NCBI GenBank assembly: GCA_965222225.1
Contig: CBDCTK010000002.1
Coordinates: 1,088,001-1,152,000, forward strand
Direction: 5' to 3'
From: Candidatus Poribacteria bacterium
Lineage (GTDB): Bacteria > Poribacteria > WGA-4E > JAJDTR01
DNA: 64,000 bases
The translations under genes were made by a program, and so were the position numbers. The notes under the pieces were generated by a model. That model saw nothing but the letters and a program-made list of their open reading frames with translations, was not told where the DNA came from and searched no databases. How positions within the stretch are numbered: position 1 is the stretch's first letter; every line of letters begins with the position of its first letter. This document shows, in pieces, positions 10,198 to 20,408 of this stretch.

Positions 10198-11766
10198 CTA
10201 TCTTCTTCGACGGCTTGATGTGCGTTCTGTGTTACGCGTACGATCGTTCGAACGATTCTCCTGATCGTCATCATCACTACTACTACTTGCGCTTGACGAC
10301 TGGCGACTTGGAGCCGCTGATACTCTTGGGCGTGATGGGGTTGAAGAGGTACTCGACTTAGTCGAGCGGGTGCGAGAAGGTACTGAAGATGCGGTTTGCT
10401 TTCGTTCCGACCTTGAGCGGAAGTTGGACTCTCTTGGTGATGATGCGCGAGCCTGACCGGAGTAAGTTTTCGAACGATTATACAGTTGCGTGCGTCGTTC
10501 CGCATTCGAGCGTACGCGACTATTTTTCTTACTGTCTTGCAGAGCGGTCCCGCGAGAATCTGTTGACCTTCGGTTATCGGGCGACCTACGGTAAGAACCT
10601 ATGGAATTGAATCGATCTCCCAGTGTGTTTGACCTAGTACGATAACTCGTTCGCTTTCGCTTAGTCGAAATGGTTGCACTTTGCTCTACTTGATCGCTCA
10701 AGACCGGTTGCTGAGCACGATGCTTTTCAATAACCGAACGGACTCTAGGTTGGACATTTACCTGCTTAGTCGCTTTACGCGCTACCGATAATCGACTCCT
10801 ACTGTATTGGCGACGGACATTTTCGTGCTCCTGACTCCATTGATTTAGTTGTGTCCGCCTCTTTTTTACCGAGGACTTGGGCCCAACATAAACGTATCTC
10901 GGGTTTGAATATGACCGATAAGAGTATGTTGGATAATACGTGTAGTAACGATGGAGGTAATTACCGTAGGAATAGCGAACGGCGTAGTAGTGGCGATCGT
11001 AGATTGGGTAACTCCACCGGATATAGTAGTCATGGTCTGTTGCATAGTAGCACGGACCGTCGTAAAAATACAGGTAGGTGTAGTGGTGCCAAGGACGCCA
11101 TTCATAGCTCCTTGCGTATCGGTGATACCTTTGAATATGACGCTGTTGTCGGTAAGTAACAACATCAATGTACTCTATATCAAGTTGCTCGCCATCTTGG
11201 GCGACAACATGCATCTCAAGAAAGCCGTTACCAACGTGGCCTGCAGCGGGAATCTTAATCGTTTCCGAGCGGCGCTTTGCTCTTAACGCGAACGTATCAC
11301 CGTAGCGTGTTTCATCAGCATGTTTGTCATCATAACCGCGTCGTGTGTATTCACGTTTAGTATTACGAATCCAAACACGTCCGGCAATCGATTCGTAATC
11401 CTCAATGTAGGGCTCGTTGGGATCTCCCCGGTAACGCACCAATATCTCAATGTATTGAGCTTGTGCAGGAATCTCAAAGAAGTATACTGCGCTGGCTATA
11501 GCAAATTCGTAATCATCCTCTTGAAAATTCTGGCTTGCCCAAGCCGTCAAGCGGGCACCTTCTTCAAAGTGAGGACTTGCGTTAATTGTTGCGTTGCCTC
11601 GTTCAATCCACTCATCCACATCGTTGCCTGCCCGATGTTCGCGGCTTAGCCGATTCGAATAGTCACTGTAGTCATAGTCAACTTGGCTTACCGCCGGTAT
11701 AGCAAGCATAAAGAGGCAACTTAACAGCGCCAACGGACCCAAAATGTTAATTCGGACGCTCATCAT
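10198..11766 (-). CDS. Secreted hypothetical protein with Tyr-rich middle and Arg/Ser-rich tail
   Basis: Long ORF, signal peptide, AGGAGA RBS before ATG 11766; strong compositional bias. Confidence 0.65.
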   Translation of the reverse strand: MMSVRINILGPLALLSCLFMLAIPAVSQVDYDYSDYSNRLSREHRAGNDVDEWIERGNATINASPHFEEGARLTAWASQNFQEDDYEFAIASAVYFFEIPAQAQYIEILVRYRGDPNEPYIEDYESIAGRVWIRNTKREYTRRGYDDKHADETRYGDTFALRAKRRSETIKIPAAGHVGNGFLEMHVVAQDGEQLDIEYIDVVTYRQQRHIQRYHRYARSYEWRPWHHYTYLYFYDGPCYYATDHDYYIRWSYPIYDRHYYAVRYSYGNYLHRYYTYYPTYSYRSYSNPRYVYVGPKSSVKKRRTQLNQWSQEHENVRRQYSRSRLSVARKATKQVNVQPRVRSVIEKHRAQQPVLSDQVEQSATISTKRKRTSYRTRSNTLGDRFNSIGSYRRSPDNRRSTDSRGTALQDSKKNSRVRSNAERRTQLYNRSKTYSGQARASSPRESNFRSRSERKQTASSVPSRTRSTKSSTSSTPSRPRVSAAPSRQSSSASSSSDDDDQENRSNDRTRNTERTSSRRRR

Positions 11767-11990
11767 AATCTCTCCTAAAACGGAATGGGCTTTATATACC
11801 CAAAGAAATAATCTAGATGCCATAGCCGCCATGAACAATTACCAAAGAACTACATGGTTATAGAAGCGAGTTCGGTCCGCCTCCAATCTCTGTTTTCAAC
11901 CTGTAGTAATAGTGGTACAAACTGTCGCAAAACTGATACTTTTTCCCGAATTATGCATTATTTGAAGAAGGAATTGTCATATTAGATTTG

Positions 11991-12510
11991 TTATTTGGCT
12001 TTGGCATCAAGCTTAAGGCCTTTCCAATCTGCTACGTCCTTGTCCTGTGGTGTAATAATCGCAGGCTTATCAACCATCAACTCCCGGATAATCGGAATAA
12101 GGCCGGTAAGAACCAGTGTGCAAATCATTGTCTCGTCTTGTCTAGTGTCACTACATACCACGACTCAAAGATACTTCGTCGCCCAAAAACACGTGAGCAC
12201 ACTTACAGTCCTTACAATTTCAATGCCAAGTTTCAGTAGAGTCTTGACGAAATCCTTCCTAGTTGAAAATATCACTGATGGATTCTCTAGCACTCAAGGC
12301 TCTTCGCGAAAATCATCGGATGCGGCAACTACAATCTCATTGGCGAGAATCGCCTAGATTAGCGCTTTCACAATATCACGTTCTCCAACACACTTTTCAA
12401 GCTGATAAAGCGAAGCGCTAGATTCACTTAAGCCGCATCAAATATTGCTAACGCCAGCTTATCCGCTGCGAATGCAGGTGGATATTTAGGGCTGCCGTAA
12501 GGTTTCTTCC
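11991..12510 (-). pseudogene. Decayed BMC-associated flavoprotein-like gene (5' limit approximate)
   Basis: Manual translation: AADKLALAIFD ... ALI*AILANEIVVAASD ... KTLLKLGIEIV ... PAIITPQDKDVADWKGLKL*; three internal stops plus a frameshift; directly downstream of pduL. Confidence 0.5.
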
Positions 12511-12565
12511 ACGACGCTTTCGGCATGTAGGGAAAGATTGCGAGCCTTGATGATGGAAGACACGT

Positions 12566-13273
12566 TTAATCTCGCAATAGCTCAACCGCTTCACCGCCAC
12601 GTAATCCCGCGGCATTTGAATCGTCAGTGTCTAAATGCATCTGCAGGACGTAGGAGGAGGAAATTTTTGGTCGGATGTTTTCAAGCGTTAAAGCACGTTC
12701 ACCAGAAATTCGCACCTTTAACAAATCGCCTTCTTCTACCCCGAAAGATGTTGCAATTTGGGGAGTCATATGAACGTGCCGAGTCGCGCATATCGCGCCT
12801 TCGTTCAAGTAGACCGATCCTGCTGGTCCGATCAGGCTTATTGGTTCTGAGCCCGTGAGATCGCCTGAATCGCGAATAGGTGGATCCAGCCCCAATCGAA
12901 TGGCATCCGTGCGTGCAAGTTCTACCTGTGTATAGTCTCTCGCCGGGCCCAAGATTCGCACACCCTCAATTGACCGCATCCGTCGTCCAACCACGGTCAA
13001 CGTCTCCTTTGCGGCAAACGCTCCCGGTTGATACAACGGTGCAAGAGTGGTTAATTGATGTCCCTTCCCGTAAAGAACGTCTAGGTGCTCTTGGGAAACA
13101 TGGGCGTGCCTCGCCGAAACGCCAACAGGAATCTTCTTTTGGGAGATTGCGGCATCGCAGGCGCGTTGGCCCGCATCACAAACTCGCAAGGCACAACCGC
13201 TACAGGATTGTTCGCCGCCAATCTGCTCTAATACCTTGCGCGAAATTGTTTCAATTAACGCCTGGTCTCGCAT
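12566..13273 (-). CDS. pduL: Phosphate propanoyltransferase PduL
   Basis: IPVGVSARHAHVS, VRILGPARDYTQVELARTDA, RHVHMTP and MHLDTDDSNAAGL motifs. Confidence 0.95.
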   Translation of the reverse strand: MRDQALIETISRKVLEQIGGEQSCSGCALRVCDAGQRACDAAISQKKIPVGVSARHAHVSQEHLDVLYGKGHQLTTLAPLYQPGAFAAKETLTVVGRRMRSIEGVRILGPARDYTQVELARTDAIRLGLDPPIRDSGDLTGSEPISLIGPAGSVYLNEGAICATRHVHMTPQIATSFGVEEGDLLKVRISGERALTLENIRPKISSSYVLQMHLDTDDSNAAGLRGGEAVELLRD

Positions 13274-13291
13274 GCGTGATGGACCCTAGTT

Positions 13292-13621
13292 TCAACTTGA
13301 TGAATCTTCGCCATTCAGGCCAAGGGGCAACGCAGGCTCATTCTCCGAGAACGAAGGTAGAATCGATTCAACTTCCGCATGCGGTCTCGGGATTACGTGG
13401 ACTGAAACAACTTCACCGATCTTTGCAGCTGCTTCCGCTCCGACATCGGTCGCGGCTTTTACCGCTCCAACATCGCCGCGTACCATAACGGTCACATAAC
13501 CGCCGCCAATCTTTTCATATCCGACAAGCTGTACATTTGCGGCTTTTACCATCGCGTCCGCGGCTTCTACACTTCCCACCAAACCTCTCGTTTCAACTAA
13601 GCCCAATGCATCTCCAGCCAT
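13292..13621 (-). CDS. Bacterial microcompartment hexameric shell protein (EutM/PduA type)
   Basis: [26 protein letters not shown] ... [11 protein letters not shown] ... VHVIPRPH. Confidence 0.95.
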   Translation of the reverse strand: MAGDALGLVETRGLVGSVEAADAMVKAANVQLVGYEKIGGGYVTVMVRGDVGAVKAATDVGAEAAAKIGEVVSVHVIPRPHAEVESILPSFSENEPALPLGLNGEDSSS

Positions 13622-13812
13622 ACTTTATCGTTGCCTCCTCAAACTCCCATATCTAATCTGAAAGGTTTTGTGTCAATAAATCCTTAAAAACCCAATTGCA
13701 TGCCAGTATATCACAATGTTCTTGGTGATTCAACCGAAACTGCGTTACACCATCTTCAGTTATAATTCCCCTGAATCCTTCCGCTTAGACTTGTTGCAAC
13801 GCGCATAAACTA

Positions 13813-14632
13813 GGTTCTGTTGACATTTGGTCATAAGGTTGTGGCATGATATAAGCATTATGCAAATAACTTTGCCTGATGACCAATGGGAAAAAATCTA
13901 CCAGTTTCTTTTAAGCCGTTCCAACATCTATGTCCGCAACGAAGCGGCAACCTGACGATTCGTCGAAGCTGTGCTGTGGGTGGCTCGTAGCGGTGCCCAA
14001 TGGAGACTTTTGCCTATCGCCTATGGCAATTGGAACTCCATCCACAAGCGGTTTGGCCGGTGGTGCGACAAAGGCGGCTTCACACAGATGCACAATCACT
14101 TCGATTCTGAGCCAGATATGGAGTGGCTTATTGTTGACAGTACCGTTTGCCGGGCTCATCCATGTGCGGTTGGTGCCTCAAAAAAAACGGTGGTACTGAA
14201 GACCAAGCGCTAGGCCGCTCTCAAGGCGGCTTCAGTACAAAAATCCACACCACAGCTGACGGATTGGGTAATGCTCTTAGAATCCATCTAACACCCGGTC
14301 AGAGACACAACATAATTGAGGCAGAAGCGTTAATAGTCGGATATAACTGCGAGTATGTTATTGGAGACAAAGAGTACAACTCGCACGATTTTATCGACGC
14401 TATTGAGGCGAATGGTGCAACGGCGGTGATACCTTCTCGACGTAATCGTGACAGCCAAAGAACATATGACAAACATCTATACAAAGAGAGACATCTGGTT
14501 GAATGTTTCTTCAACCAGATAAAATGGTATCGTCGTATCTTTTCTCGTTTCGAGAAGCGGGCTGTTCGTTATTTTGGATTTCTAAGTTTTGTCTCTACTC
14601 TCATCTGGCTCCGTTGAAATGTCAACAGATCC
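13813..14632 (+). mobile_element. IS5-family (IS427-group-like) insertion sequence, 820 bp
   Basis: 16-bp TIRs GGTTCTGTTGACATTT / AAATGTCAACAGATCC (1 mismatch) in CTAG context (TA duplication); two-ORF transposase. Confidence 0.9.
13860..14617 (+). pseudogene. IS5 transposase orfA/orfB with A8 slippery site and premature stop
   Basis: ATG 13860; TGA at 13953 interrupts orfA; A8 at 14180-14187; [26 protein letters not shown] and YKERHLVECFF motifs. Confidence 0.85.
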
Positions 14633-14637
14633 TAGTA

Positions 14638-14902
14638 ATACCATTTCGCTTGAATAATAGTGCATATGATATCTGAATTATATCGCTCACTTTCTCCGTA
14701 GGCGGGAATCAAGCGAACGAATAGATCAAGTGGCCGACTAGGATCAAACGAGTGAATAACGAGTGCGATAGTAAATCCCGTGCGATAGGGATCCCCTTGC
14801 CCCGCCTATTTTGCGCGGAGATAAGGCTTTTTACTCCGCCCCACACAAGTTTCTTTACTTAATCCGCGTAATCAATACACTTGAATTTTAGAGAAATGGT
14901 AT
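14638..14902. mobile_element. MITE family A, copy 1 (IS630-like ends)
   Basis: TIRs ATACCATTTC / GAAATGGTAT; no ORF; colinear second copy at 56722-56911. Confidence 0.7.
14707..14793 (+). repeat. Nested 35-bp GATC-ended units (two complete, one 5' half)
   Basis: 36-bp unit 14742-14777 inside a 34-bp unit (14724-14741 + 14778-14793), preceded by half unit AATCAAGCGAACGAATA. Confidence 0.8.
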
Positions 14903-15060
14903 AACATGATAACTACAGTCAAGTATTACACCTGGCTTAAAGCGCCGTGCCCAAGGTTTAGTCTCCTCGTACCTGTTATAGCTCTCACACAAGACACACT
15001 TGCCTGTCTTGACATCCTCACTTTCAGCAGCGATTAAGGAAGCCTGCCGACCTCGGGTGC

Positions 15061-17259
15061 CTACTCCGGTTGACTCGAAGAAGTATCGATTCCATTTGCC
15101 ACCTTGACTTGCCTGCGCCGAGAATGGAGCACGGGCTCGGTGTATCCGTTTGAAACTGCTCTACCGTTAAATACTAAGTCAAGTGCCGCCTCAAAAGCAA
15201 TACTCTCGTCGAATTGAGATGACATCTTTCGATAATTTTCATCTGTCGCATTCTGCTTGTCAACAACCTCTGCCATACGCTTGAATGTCTCGACAACTTG
15301 CTCCCTAGTTACAATCTGGTGATGCAACCAATTGGCGATGTGTTGACTTGATATACGCAACGTCGCACGATCTTCCATCAATGCTACTCCATGAATATCC
15401 GACACCTTAGAGCAACCAACCCCTTGGTCCACCCAGCGCACAACGTAACCTAGTATGCCCTGAGCATTATTGTTCAACTCCTGTTGGATTTCAGACTCCG
15501 ACAATTCTCTGTCCAAGATGGGTGGTGTCAAGATATGATCTAGATTCGCACGTCCTCTGCTTGCGAGGTCATTCTGTCTCGTCACCACACTTACTTTATG
15601 GTAATGGATAGCATGGAGCACGGCAGCCATCGGGGACGGGACCCAAGCTGTACTAGCTCCTGCCTGCGGATGATTTATCTTGGATTTAAACATATCTCGC
15701 ATCAAGTCCGGCATCGCCCACATTCCTTTGCCAATTTGCGCCTTGCCCACAAGCCCGGTTTCAATCCCGATATCTACATTCCAATCCTCATAGGCGTTCA
15801 TCCACGGCTGGTTTTTAATCTCCATTTTAGGGAGCATCGGCCCTAGTTCCATGCTAGTGTGAATTTCATCTCCCGTCCTGTCCAAGAATCCCGTATTAAT
15901 GAACACAACGCGTTCCTTCGCAACACGCAGCACTTCCTTCAGATTAATGGTAGTACGTCGTTCCTCGTCCATGATTCCGATTTTGATCGTATTTCTTTCA
16001 AGTCCCAGCGCGTCTTCAACCCTTTCAAAAAGTTCAACCGTCGCTTCTACTTCCTCTCGTCCATGCAATTTCGGCTTAACAATGTAAATGCTGCCAATTC
16101 GGCTATTGCTGTATTTTCCATTTCCCTTCAAATCGTGCATGGCTGCCAGAGATGTGACCATGACATCAAGGAAGGCTTCCGGAATCTGTTCTCCATCTGA
16201 TGTAACCACTGCATCAGTATACATATGGATTCCGACATTGCGTATAAGAAGCAAACTTCGTCCCGGTAAGGTGAGGATATCTCCCTCGGGCGTCAGAAAT
16301 GTCTTATCGGGATTTAGTCGACGGATTATCGACTCTCCATTTTTCTCAAGAGAGGCTTCAAGTGTTCCTTTCATTATACCGGTCCAATTCCCGTAGACCC
16401 TAATTTTGTCAGCGGCATCAACGGTAGCGACAGAGTCTTCACAGTCTTGGATGGTAGTAATAGCGGCTTCTAGCAAGACGTCTTTTATTCCTGCAGGATG
16501 AGTCTTCCCTACCGGACTCTCACGATCTAGCAGAATTTCGATATGCAGTCCGTTGTTTCTCAGCAATATACTGCTTAATTCATCTCCTGCCTTCGTAAAC
16601 CCAACAAATTTGCTTGGATCCGCCAAACCCACCTTGCGATCTTTATCATGCCTCGCGACTAGTTGTTGTCCTTTGAGTTCGAATTGCGTGACTTCGGAAT
16701 ACGTCCCATCTTCAAGAGCGACAGTCTCGTCCAGAAATGCTGATGCCTCGGCAATTACAAGCGCGCCACGAACAGGATTATAGGTCGATCTCCGTCCTGC
16801 ACCGTCCTCTTCTGAAATCACATCGGTGCCATACAATGCGTCATATAGGCTTCCCCAACGTGCGTTTGCAGCATTTAGTGCATAACGGGCATTATCAACA
16901 GGTACAACCAATTGGGGGCCCGCAATAGTCGCAATTTCCGGATCGACATTTGTTGTCGTTACGCAAAAATCTTCACCTTCAGGAAGAAGATAGCCAATTT
17001 CGCTCAGAAATTCTTTATACTTTTCCATTTCAATTGGCTGACCCTTTTGTGCCAAATGCCACTCGTCAATCTGTTTCTGTAGTGCATCGCGCTTCTCCAA
17101 CAGTGCCCGGTTCTTTTCGCCCAAGTCTCTAACAATTTTGCCGAACTCGGACCAAAAAATATCGCCGTTCACGCCTGTACCCGGCGCAATCTCGTCCTGC
17201 ACCAGTTGATACAAACATTGGTCAACCTTGAGTCCACCGACTTCTACTACATCTGCCAT
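15061..17259 (-). CDS. glcB: Malate synthase G
   Basis: [35 protein letters not shown]; [18 protein letters not shown]; [14 protein letters not shown]. Confidence 0.97.
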   Translation of the reverse strand: MADVVEVGGLKVDQCLYQLVQDEIAPGTGVNGDIFWSEFGKIVRDLGEKNRALLEKRDALQKQIDEWHLAQKGQPIEMEKYKEFLSEIGYLLPEGEDFCVTTTNVDPEIATIAGPQLVVPVDNARYALNAANARWGSLYDALYGTDVISEEDGAGRRSTYNPVRGALVIAEASAFLDETVALEDGTYSEVTQFELKGQQLVARHDKDRKVGLADPSKFVGFTKAGDELSSILLRNNGLHIEILLDRESPVGKTHPAGIKDVLLEAAITTIQDCEDSVATVDAADKIRVYGNWTGIMKGTLEASLEKNGESIIRRLNPDKTFLTPEGDILTLPGRSLLLIRNVGIHMYTDAVVTSDGEQIPEAFLDVMVTSLAAMHDLKGNGKYSNSRIGSIYIVKPKLHGREEVEATVELFERVEDALGLERNTIKIGIMDEERRTTINLKEVLRVAKERVVFINTGFLDRTGDEIHTSMELGPMLPKMEIKNQPWMNAYEDWNVDIGIETGLVGKAQIGKGMWAMPDLMRDMFKSKINHPQAGASTAWVPSPMAAVLHAIHYHKVSVVTRQNDLASRGRANLDHILTPPILDRELSESEIQQELNNNAQGILGYVVRWVDQGVGCSKVSDIHGVALMEDRATLRISSQHIANWLHHQIVTREQVVETFKRMAEVVDKQNATDENYRKMSSQFDESIAFEAALDLVFNGRAVSNGYTEPVLHSRRRQVKVANGIDTSSSQPE

Positions 17260-17433
17260 AAATAATCCTTTCGCTTTTCTGGCACGTTAAGTGATCTGTC
17301 CCTGTGAACCGAACATAATGGGAGTTTTCCCGTGTGGATTATCACCATAATGAATCGCATTATCTAGTTGGCTGGGTTGAATAATCCAATAACCGGATGT
17401 TGGCTGAAATCTCGGTACTGATGTATGTCAGAG

Positions 17434-17958
17434 TTATCCATTATTAGAACCTAGTTCAAATTTCTTTCGCAACATCTTGACGACAATTGGCGGCACCATT
17501 TCAAGCAACTTTTTATCGCTCATCTTCGTACTGCCCATTTGGAAAATCTCTACGACTAGCGTTGAGCTGAGGTAAGCGTATTTGGCGTTTGCCATCATGA
17601 ACAGCGTGTCAACCCCCGGAGCAATCTGGTGGTTCATCCGTGCCATCTGAAATTCATATTCAAAGTCAGACATCTCTCGCAGTCCACGAACAACGACACA
17701 CGCTCCACGCTCGTGTGCATACTGCGCCGTGAGGCCCGAATACTGTTCAATTGTGATATGGTCATAACCCTCGGTCACCGATTCCAACATCTCTATTCGA
17801 TCCTCAAGTGTAAAGCGCGGTGGTTTGGCGATGTTAATGCCGATAGCAATTACAATCTCGTCGAAGAGAGAAAGCCTAGAGATTCTATCTATCAAATCCA
17901 CGTGACCGTTGGTAACAGGGTCGAAACTAGCAGGGAAAATAGCAACCTTTCGTGACAA
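17434..17958 (-). CDS. coaD: Phosphopantetheine adenylyltransferase
   Basis: FPASFDPVTNGHVDLI; VRGLREMSDFEYEFQMA; LSSTLV; probable TTG start after AAGGGAG. Confidence 0.95.
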   Translation of the reverse strand: MSRKVAIFPASFDPVTNGHVDLIDRISRLSLFDEIVIAIGINIAKPPRFTLEDRIEMLESVTEGYDHITIEQYSGLTAQYAHERGACVVVRGLREMSDFEYEFQMARMNHQIAPGVDTLFMMANAKYAYLSSTLVVEIFQMGSTKMSDKKLLEMVPPIVVKMLRKKFELGSNNG

Positions 17959-18500
17959 GGATGACTCCCTTCTTAGATGATGTTTCGTCGAAAAAATGTT
18001 GTGGTTCAATTCCGATTCTCGCAGTCACGGGGCATTTACAATTCCTGTGCTATTGTGCCGTTGAACAGTGGGTATCGCCGTCCTTCAATGTCGTCGGCCG
18101 AGTTTCGTGATTGCTTCAAGCGCAAAAAAGTGTAGCATAGGTCAATTTCAATCTCAAGGAAAAAGGGGAAAGCTGTCGAGAACGTTGCATAAAAGAGCAA
18201 ATCCTTCCATTTCTGGCAACTTCCGATAATAAATATTGCATTTTGACAAGGTACTGCGCGCCAGGTCCCCGGCCGCTCCTGCTAGATTGGCAAATCCAGC
18301 AAATCTAATCTGCTAAACGTGTATATATTTTATATTTAAACCTGCTCTGCAGGTATGCTATTGTCATTAACACAACAAATTTAAGATTCTTTCTATTGAA
18401 GTCGCCGAGGAATATTGTTAGAATTTCGCACCTTCTTATCTCTGTATAGAAAACTCCGGAGGGAAAGCTCTTGATTGTATCTGAATATTAAGCTTGGAGG

Positions 18501-20045
18501 GTGATAATATCCATGCGCAGATTAAAAGCAGGTTCCGAAGGGACGCGCTGGTGGCTTCTCATAGCGATAATTGCAATGGTGGTCTTGGCAAGTATTTGGA
18601 TCTGGATTTCCGATGCCGGACAGCGCCAAGAGAAGGTTTTTCAAGCTGTAATTGTGGCGATAATCTCTCTCTTCCTGATTCTTTGCTGGTTGTTAATCTT
18701 CTCGCGCCTAAAATGGCGAATTCGGATTATCTCTCTTGGGGCAATTATCTTGGTAATCCTACTTAGCATCGCCTTCTTTCGTATTCGCGGTTTCACAGGT
18801 GACTTGGTGCCAATTCTAGAATGGCGTTGGACACGAACACTCAGCGAGTCAACAATGCCAGACCATGAGGTAACTTCACAACTCCTGGTTAGCGACTATC
18901 CGCAGTTCCAGGGTCCAAACCGCAACGCCACACTTAACGGAATAAGGTTAGCGCGAGATTGGACGGTCCGACCGCCGAGATTGGTGTGGCGTCAGCCAAT
19001 CGGCGAAGGCTGGTCGGCATTCGCAGTAGTCGGGGATTCGGCGATTACACAAGCACAAGAAGGAGAAATGGAGAAGGTCGTCTGCTACGAGTTAAAGACA
19101 GGTGAGTTGAAATGGAGTCATAGCGATCATGCAAGGTTTGAAGTAGCTCCTGCGGGGATTGGTCCTCGTGCCACTCCAACAATTGCCGGTAATCGCGTAT
19201 ACACACTCGGAGCAACCGGACTACTGAATTGTCTTGATTTTGCAACTGGAAGATCCATTTGGTCGACAGATATCATTCACGACAATACGTCTAAGGTTGC
19301 TGACTGGGGCTTGAGCGGTTCGCCGCTAGTTATCAATGACTCGGTCGTCGTGAGCGCGGGTGGGATGGAAAGCAAATCTCTGGTAGCGTATCACAAGGAT
19401 ACCGGGGAAATCATGTGGAGTGGCGGAAACGATTCGGCGGGTTACAGTTCACCACAACTAAGAACGCTTGCCAGAATCCCTCAAATTCTAATATTCAACT
19501 ATAAGAGCGTCGTATCGCACGATCCCAATACGGGACACGTTCTTTGGCGCTACGCATGGCCTAGTGCAGAATCAGTCGCACAGCCGGTTCCACTGCCTAA
19601 CGACCAACTCCTCGTATCCAGCGGCTACGGGATCGGATCAAAACTTTTCCGAATCCAGCGTGATATAGGCGGAAAACTACAAGCGAACCTTGTCTGGGAA
19701 AGCCTAGGCTTAAAGGCGAAATTCACAAATGTTGTCTACAGAGATGGATATGTCTATGGGCTTGACGATGGAATTCTCGTATGCTTAGACATTTCTAACG
19801 GCAAACGGACATGGAAGAAAGGGAGGTATGGGCATGGTCAAATGATTCTGGTCGATGATTTATTGCTTGTACAAGCCGAATCTGGAGATGTCGTCTTGTT
19901 AGAAGCCAACCCAACTTCCCATGTGGAACTTGGGCGATTTAGTGCTCTGATGGGAAGAACGTGGAATAACCCTACACTTGCGGTTCCTTATCTGCTTGTT
20001 CGAAATGACCGTGAGGCCGCGTGCTACGAACTGCCACTGGAATAA
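18501..20045 (+). CDS. Membrane-anchored PQQ-like beta-propeller protein (BamB-like repeats)
   Basis: Three N-terminal TMs; DYPQFQGPNRN, GEGWSAFAV, GPRATPTI and TWNNPTL motifs. Confidence 0.85.
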   Translation: MIISMRRLKAGSEGTRWWLLIAIIAMVVLASIWIWISDAGQRQEKVFQAVIVAIISLFLILCWLLIFSRLKWRIRIISLGAIILVILLSIAFFRIRGFTGDLVPILEWRWTRTLSESTMPDHEVTSQLLVSDYPQFQGPNRNATLNGIRLARDWTVRPPRLVWRQPIGEGWSAFAVVGDSAITQAQEGEMEKVVCYELKTGELKWSHSDHARFEVAPAGIGPRATPTIAGNRVYTLGATGLLNCLDFATGRSIWSTDIIHDNTSKVADWGLSGSPLVINDSVVVSAGGMESKSLVAYHKDTGEIMWSGGNDSAGYSSPQLRTLARIPQILIFNYKSVVSHDPNTGHVLWRYAWPSAESVAQPVPLPNDQLLVSSGYGIGSKLFRIQRDIGGKLQANLVWESLGLKAKFTNVVYRDGYVYGLDDGILVCLDISNGKRTWKKGRYGHGQMILVDDLLLVQAESGDVVLLEANPTSHVELGRFSALMGRTWNNPTLAVPYLLVRNDREAACYELPLE

Positions 20046-20334
20046 TCGGTTTTTCTATTTTAATCGAATCTTCGCACGACGGCAAAGTTCGATGCGTGCA
20101 AATCCGATTTGGTGTCAGGGCAATCTCACCTGATTCTGTAGAATCGAAAATCACCAAATTCATTGATAATCTTCAAATCAGTGATTTTCTTTCTTCGCTT
20201 CCCCATTCACGCCCGATTCAGCACGAGGCAACGGGCAACTCTAAAACCAAAACAGTAGATGTAATTGCCCTGACGAACCTCAATTCAAGCATTGCTTAGA
20301 AATCGTAGCCATGCTAAAATTCGCTCGCTACATT

Positions 20335-20374
20335 TTAGCGTTTAGTAATTCGACTTAGCGTTTAGTAATTCGAC
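20335..20374. repeat. Perfect 20-bp tandem duplication
   Basis: TTAGCGTTTAGTAATTCGAC x2. Confidence 0.95.
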
Positions 20375-20408
20375 GGACTTCTAAATACAACAGAGCGGAG
20401 GTAACACT

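Noticed and set aside
17995-18030. tRNA-like GGTTCAATTCC motif
   Set aside because: No T-stem, acceptor stem or cloverleaf around it
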